This document shows, in pieces, positions 61,239-64,000 of a stretch of DNA of 64,000 bases. Each line of letters begins with the position of its first letter. Within the stretch, counting starts at the first letter, position 1. The stretch covers positions 1 to 64,000 of the forward strand of contig JBGCDR010000108.1 in the NCBI GenBank assembly GCA_045105515.1, written 5' to 3'. Both the position numbers and the translations under genes were made by a program. The stretch is from Oligoflexales bacterium (GTDB taxonomy: Bacteria; Bdellovibrionota_B; Oligoflexia; Oligoflexales; Bog-1112). Below the pieces are notes generated by a model. The model ran no database searches, was not told the DNA's origin, and saw only the letters and a program-made list of their open reading frames with translations.

Positions 61239-63151
61239 TAATTATTGTTTATCCAAGACTGTAGCATGAGAATATTCCAAAGTATATAAGCATTGTTCTC
61301 TAAGCCACTTTGATGCCTATTCCAAACATCTGCAATTTTCTTAGTATCAAATATTCCAGATTTATTGAGATTACTAGTTGAAAGGAGGTCAGATGCCCAG
61401 TCAAATAGCGTTGTCCTAAGCCAGATGTCAAGAGGAACTGAAAAACCAGATTTTGGTCGTTGAAAGAATGAAGCAGGTAAGTATTGCTCCAGTAGGGAAT
61501 GCAGTATTCTTTTACCTTGGCTTTTATTTATTTTGAAATTGACTGGCAGTTTCCAGCTAAATTCATAGATCTTCTTCGATAGAAAAGGAGTTCTTGTTTC
61601 TAGACTTACTGCCATTGAAGCTCTATCAACTTTACATAGAATATCATCGGGTAGGTAGTTTTGAGTATCCCATAACATAATTTGTTCTGATATTCTTAGG
61701 TCTTCATGAAGTATATTCTTATCAGCAGTATTGAAAGATGATGAAATCAAAAAGTCTTCCGGGTTATTAATGATGGAACAGTGTTGTTTGTATATGTTAT
61801 CAATATCTTTTCGGTTCTTTAAAAGGTCGCCAAGCTTGGTAATTTTACGACCTGCATATGAAATTTGCAGATTTCGTGGAAGAAGCCAATATAGATAGTC
61901 ATAAATGTTTTGCCAGGTATCTTCCTTAAGAGATCTAATGATTTTTGAAAAGCTTCTAGATGCGAACACTGGTAAATTTGCTATCATGTTATGATATTTT
62001 TCGGTATATATATGACGATTGTAACCGCCAAAAATTTCGTCACCACCATCTCCAGATAAACAGACTACGACCTCTTTACTTGCTAGCTCGCATACAAATC
62101 GCATCGGGATTTGAGATGAATCAGCAAATGGTTCATCATAGGTATTACAGAGATTAGCAGCTATATTTCTTATCTGATTCTCAGAGAGGTACAGCTCACT
62201 ATGATCTGTACCAAGGTAATCGGCAATTTTTTTTGCGTAAGTAGCTTCGTTATATAAGTTGTTTTTAAAGCCGACAGTGTATGTTTTAATTGGGCGAGAG
62301 GAATGTTTTTGCATAATTGAAGTGATTAATGAGGAATCGATTCCTCCAGATAAAAAAGAACCAATTGGTACATCCGAAATGCATCTTGAAGAAATCGATT
62401 CTTCCATTAATTCTTGTAAAGCCTTAACTGCCTCAGAATAATTCCCTTCAAATCTTTCTTTATTTTTAACTGCTTCGTCGCAATGCCAGTATCTGCTAAT
62501 GGAGATTTTTTTTTCTAAGTCTAGCTCAAGCCAAGATCCTGGTGGTAGTTTAAAAACATGCTTATATATTGACATTGGAGAGGGGACATAAGAATAGCGA
62601 AGAAAGTCAATGATAGCCTCAGGGGAGAGCTCAGTACTGAATTGAGAATATTTTTTTAATGATTTTAGTTCAGAAGCGAATATAAACGTTCCATTAGCCC
62701 ATCCGTAATATAAAGGCTTTTCCCCAAATCGATCTTTGGCCAAATAAAGCTTTTTGAGTAGTTTATCCCATATTGCAAAGGCAAATTGACCGTCAAAGAA
62801 ATGTAAAGCCTTTTTGATTCCCCACTCTTCAATTGCATTGACAACAACTTCTGTATCACTGTTTCCTTTGAATTTGAATCCTTTGGATAAAAGCCTACTC
62901 CTAAGTTCACGAAAATTAAAAACCTCCCCATTGTAGGCTATAACAAATCGCTCAGACTCGGAGTGCATAGGCTGACTTCCTGAGTTCGTGATATCAATGA
63001 TGCTCAATCGTCGATGTCCAAAGGCTAAACCAAAAGAGTCATCCTTCCAGATGCCCCACGAGTTAGGCCCTCTGTGGTAAAGGGCATCTGTCATTGATCT
63101 AATATCTCTACCCTTATTGGGATCAAAAAGTATGCCAGAGATTCCGCACAT
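61235..63151 (-). CDS. asnB: AsnB-type glutamine-dependent amidotransferase (WbpS-like)
   Basis: MCGISG, HRGP, HRRLSIID, DRFGEKPLYY, LSGGIDSS, SGDGGDEIFGGY, KVDRASMA.SLE.R.PFL. Confidence 0.93.
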   Translation of the reverse strand: MCGISGILFDPNKGRDIRSMTDALYHRGPNSWGIWKDDSFGLAFGHRRLSIIDITNSGSQPMHSESERFVIAYNGEVFNFRELRSRLLSKGFKFKGNSDTEVVVNAIEEWGIKKALHFFDGQFAFAIWDKLLKKLYLAKDRFGEKPLYYGWANGTFIFASELKSLKKYSQFSTELSPEAIIDFLRYSYVPSPMSIYKHVFKLPPGSWLELDLEKKISISRYWHCDEAVKNKERFEGNYSEAVKALQELMEESISSRCISDVPIGSFLSGGIDSSLITSIMQKHSSRPIKTYTVGFKNNLYNEATYAKKIADYLGTDHSELYLSENQIRNIAANLCNTYDEPFADSSQIPMRFVCELASKEVVVCLSGDGGDEIFGGYNRHIYTEKYHNMIANLPVFASRSFSKIIRSLKEDTWQNIYDYLYWLLPRNLQISYAGRKITKLGDLLKNRKDIDNIYKQHCSIINNPEDFLISSSFNTADKNILHEDLRISEQIMLWDTQNYLPDDILCKVDRASMAVSLETRTPFLSKKIYEFSWKLPVNFKINKSQGKRILHSLLEQYLPASFFQRPKSGFSVPLDIWLRTTLFDWASDLLSTSNLNKSGIFDTKKIADVWNRHQSGLENNAYILWNILMLQSWINNNY

Positions 63152-63555
63152 AAGGGGTCCTTCTTAGCTCAATATATTAGAAAAAATAACTTTTTATTGT
63201 ATAGCTCAATAATATATGTTGATTATCATATTTCAGGCAAGTTTTTTCTTAAGCTCTTAAATTTACGCCAAATATTGAAATAAGCGCAGTATTTAATAAA
63301 CGGTAAACCTACGGAAATTTTTCAGATTAGAATTCGGCTAATTTGTATTTATCGAGTTGTTTTAAGATTCTGTATTATACATGAATAATTGTGTTAATAA
63401 TCAATATATGCAAAAAAATTGAAATTATCTCTTTAGAAAATTCTACATGCTAGTGCAGCCTTTTAACTGGGGATGCTGACATGTATGTTTACAATTATTA
63501 AAAACCGATTCATACTTATTCTCAGCAAAATCAAGTATAAATCTGTGGAGTGTGC

Positions 63556-64000
63556 ATGTTTGGAGGTTGGGAAGCTTTTGTTACCCTTGAATTTCTGCTT
63601 GTTTTTAGTACAGCTCTGATTTTGAGTTTTGCGAGCACCCCTGGGCTGATTAGATTGGGTCATCAATTTCATTTTTTAGATATTCCAGACTCCAAGGAAA
63701 AGACTGACTCTCTTACGATTCCTCGGAAAGTTCATTCAAATGCGATACCACGTATCGGTGGTTTGAGTATCATTTTCGGATTTTTCTTAAGCTCATATCT
63801 GTGGGACGGCTTCAAATATATTGGTGGTATTTTTCCTGCTTCTGTCATCTTGTTTGTGACAGGATTCTTTGATGATATCAGGCCCCTGCCAGCATCATTC
63901 CGTTTATTCATTCAAATATTCTCAGCTTCAGCGGCTGTCTACGTGAGTGGTTTGGCGCTGAATTTCATTGGCTTAACACCTGAGTATTATATTGAGCTAC
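63556..64000 (+). CDS. WecA/TagO (MraY-superfamily) polyprenyl-phosphate HexNAc-1-P transferase, truncated by window end
   Basis: Manual translation MFGGWEAFVTLEFLLVF...LDIP...RKVHSNAIPRIGGLSI...GFFDD; RBS GGAG; open to the window edge. Confidence 0.9.
   Translation, partial: MFGGWEAFVTLEFLLVFSTALILSFASTPGLIRLGHQFHFLDIPDSKEKTDSLTIPRKVHSNAIPRIGGLSIIFGFFLSSYLWDGFKYIGGIFPASVILFVTGFFDDIRPLPASFRLFIQIFSASAAVYVSGLALNFIGLTPEYYIEL

Overview
Bacterial chromosomal segment. Gene content (delta-type flagellar export operon with a long FliO, a CcmI-like domain, divergent prepilins) suggests Bdellovibrionota/Oligoflexia or a related former deltaproteobacterium; this is inference, not a search result. Layout: (1) 0.3-4.7 kb, three tandem paralogous type IV pilin-like genes with Cys-rich variable C-termini (the third broken by an in-frame TGA) plus a large glycoside-hydrolase-like lipoprotein; (2) a Usp gene and sucCD; (3) 7.7-20 kb, flagellar operon fliL-fliN-fliO-fliP-fliQ-fliR-flhB-flhA-flhF-flhG-fliA-cheY plus two small genes, with no fliM; (4) 20-50 kb, envelope and housekeeping genes: two porin-like proteins, a lipoprotein cytochrome c, tatB, hldD, an Omp85 protein, frmA-fghA, NifU, SerA-like, cyoE, Slt, holA-ppx-ppk1, ribF, aroE, queG, an RHH protein and RluA; (5) 50-64 kb, an AT-rich surface-polysaccharide locus (deacetylase, heparinase II/III-like, two AsnB-type amidotransferases, GT2/GT4s, WbpP/WbpO-like, WecA-like) whose left border carries a decayed second copy of the rluA 3' end and a GT2 remnant. 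At least nine intergenic sites carry a REP-like palindromic element (GTCAyCyCGA...GrGrTC), and at four of them its ends are amplified into locus-specific tandem arrays. No rRNA, tRNA, CRISPR array, transposase or integrase was recognised.
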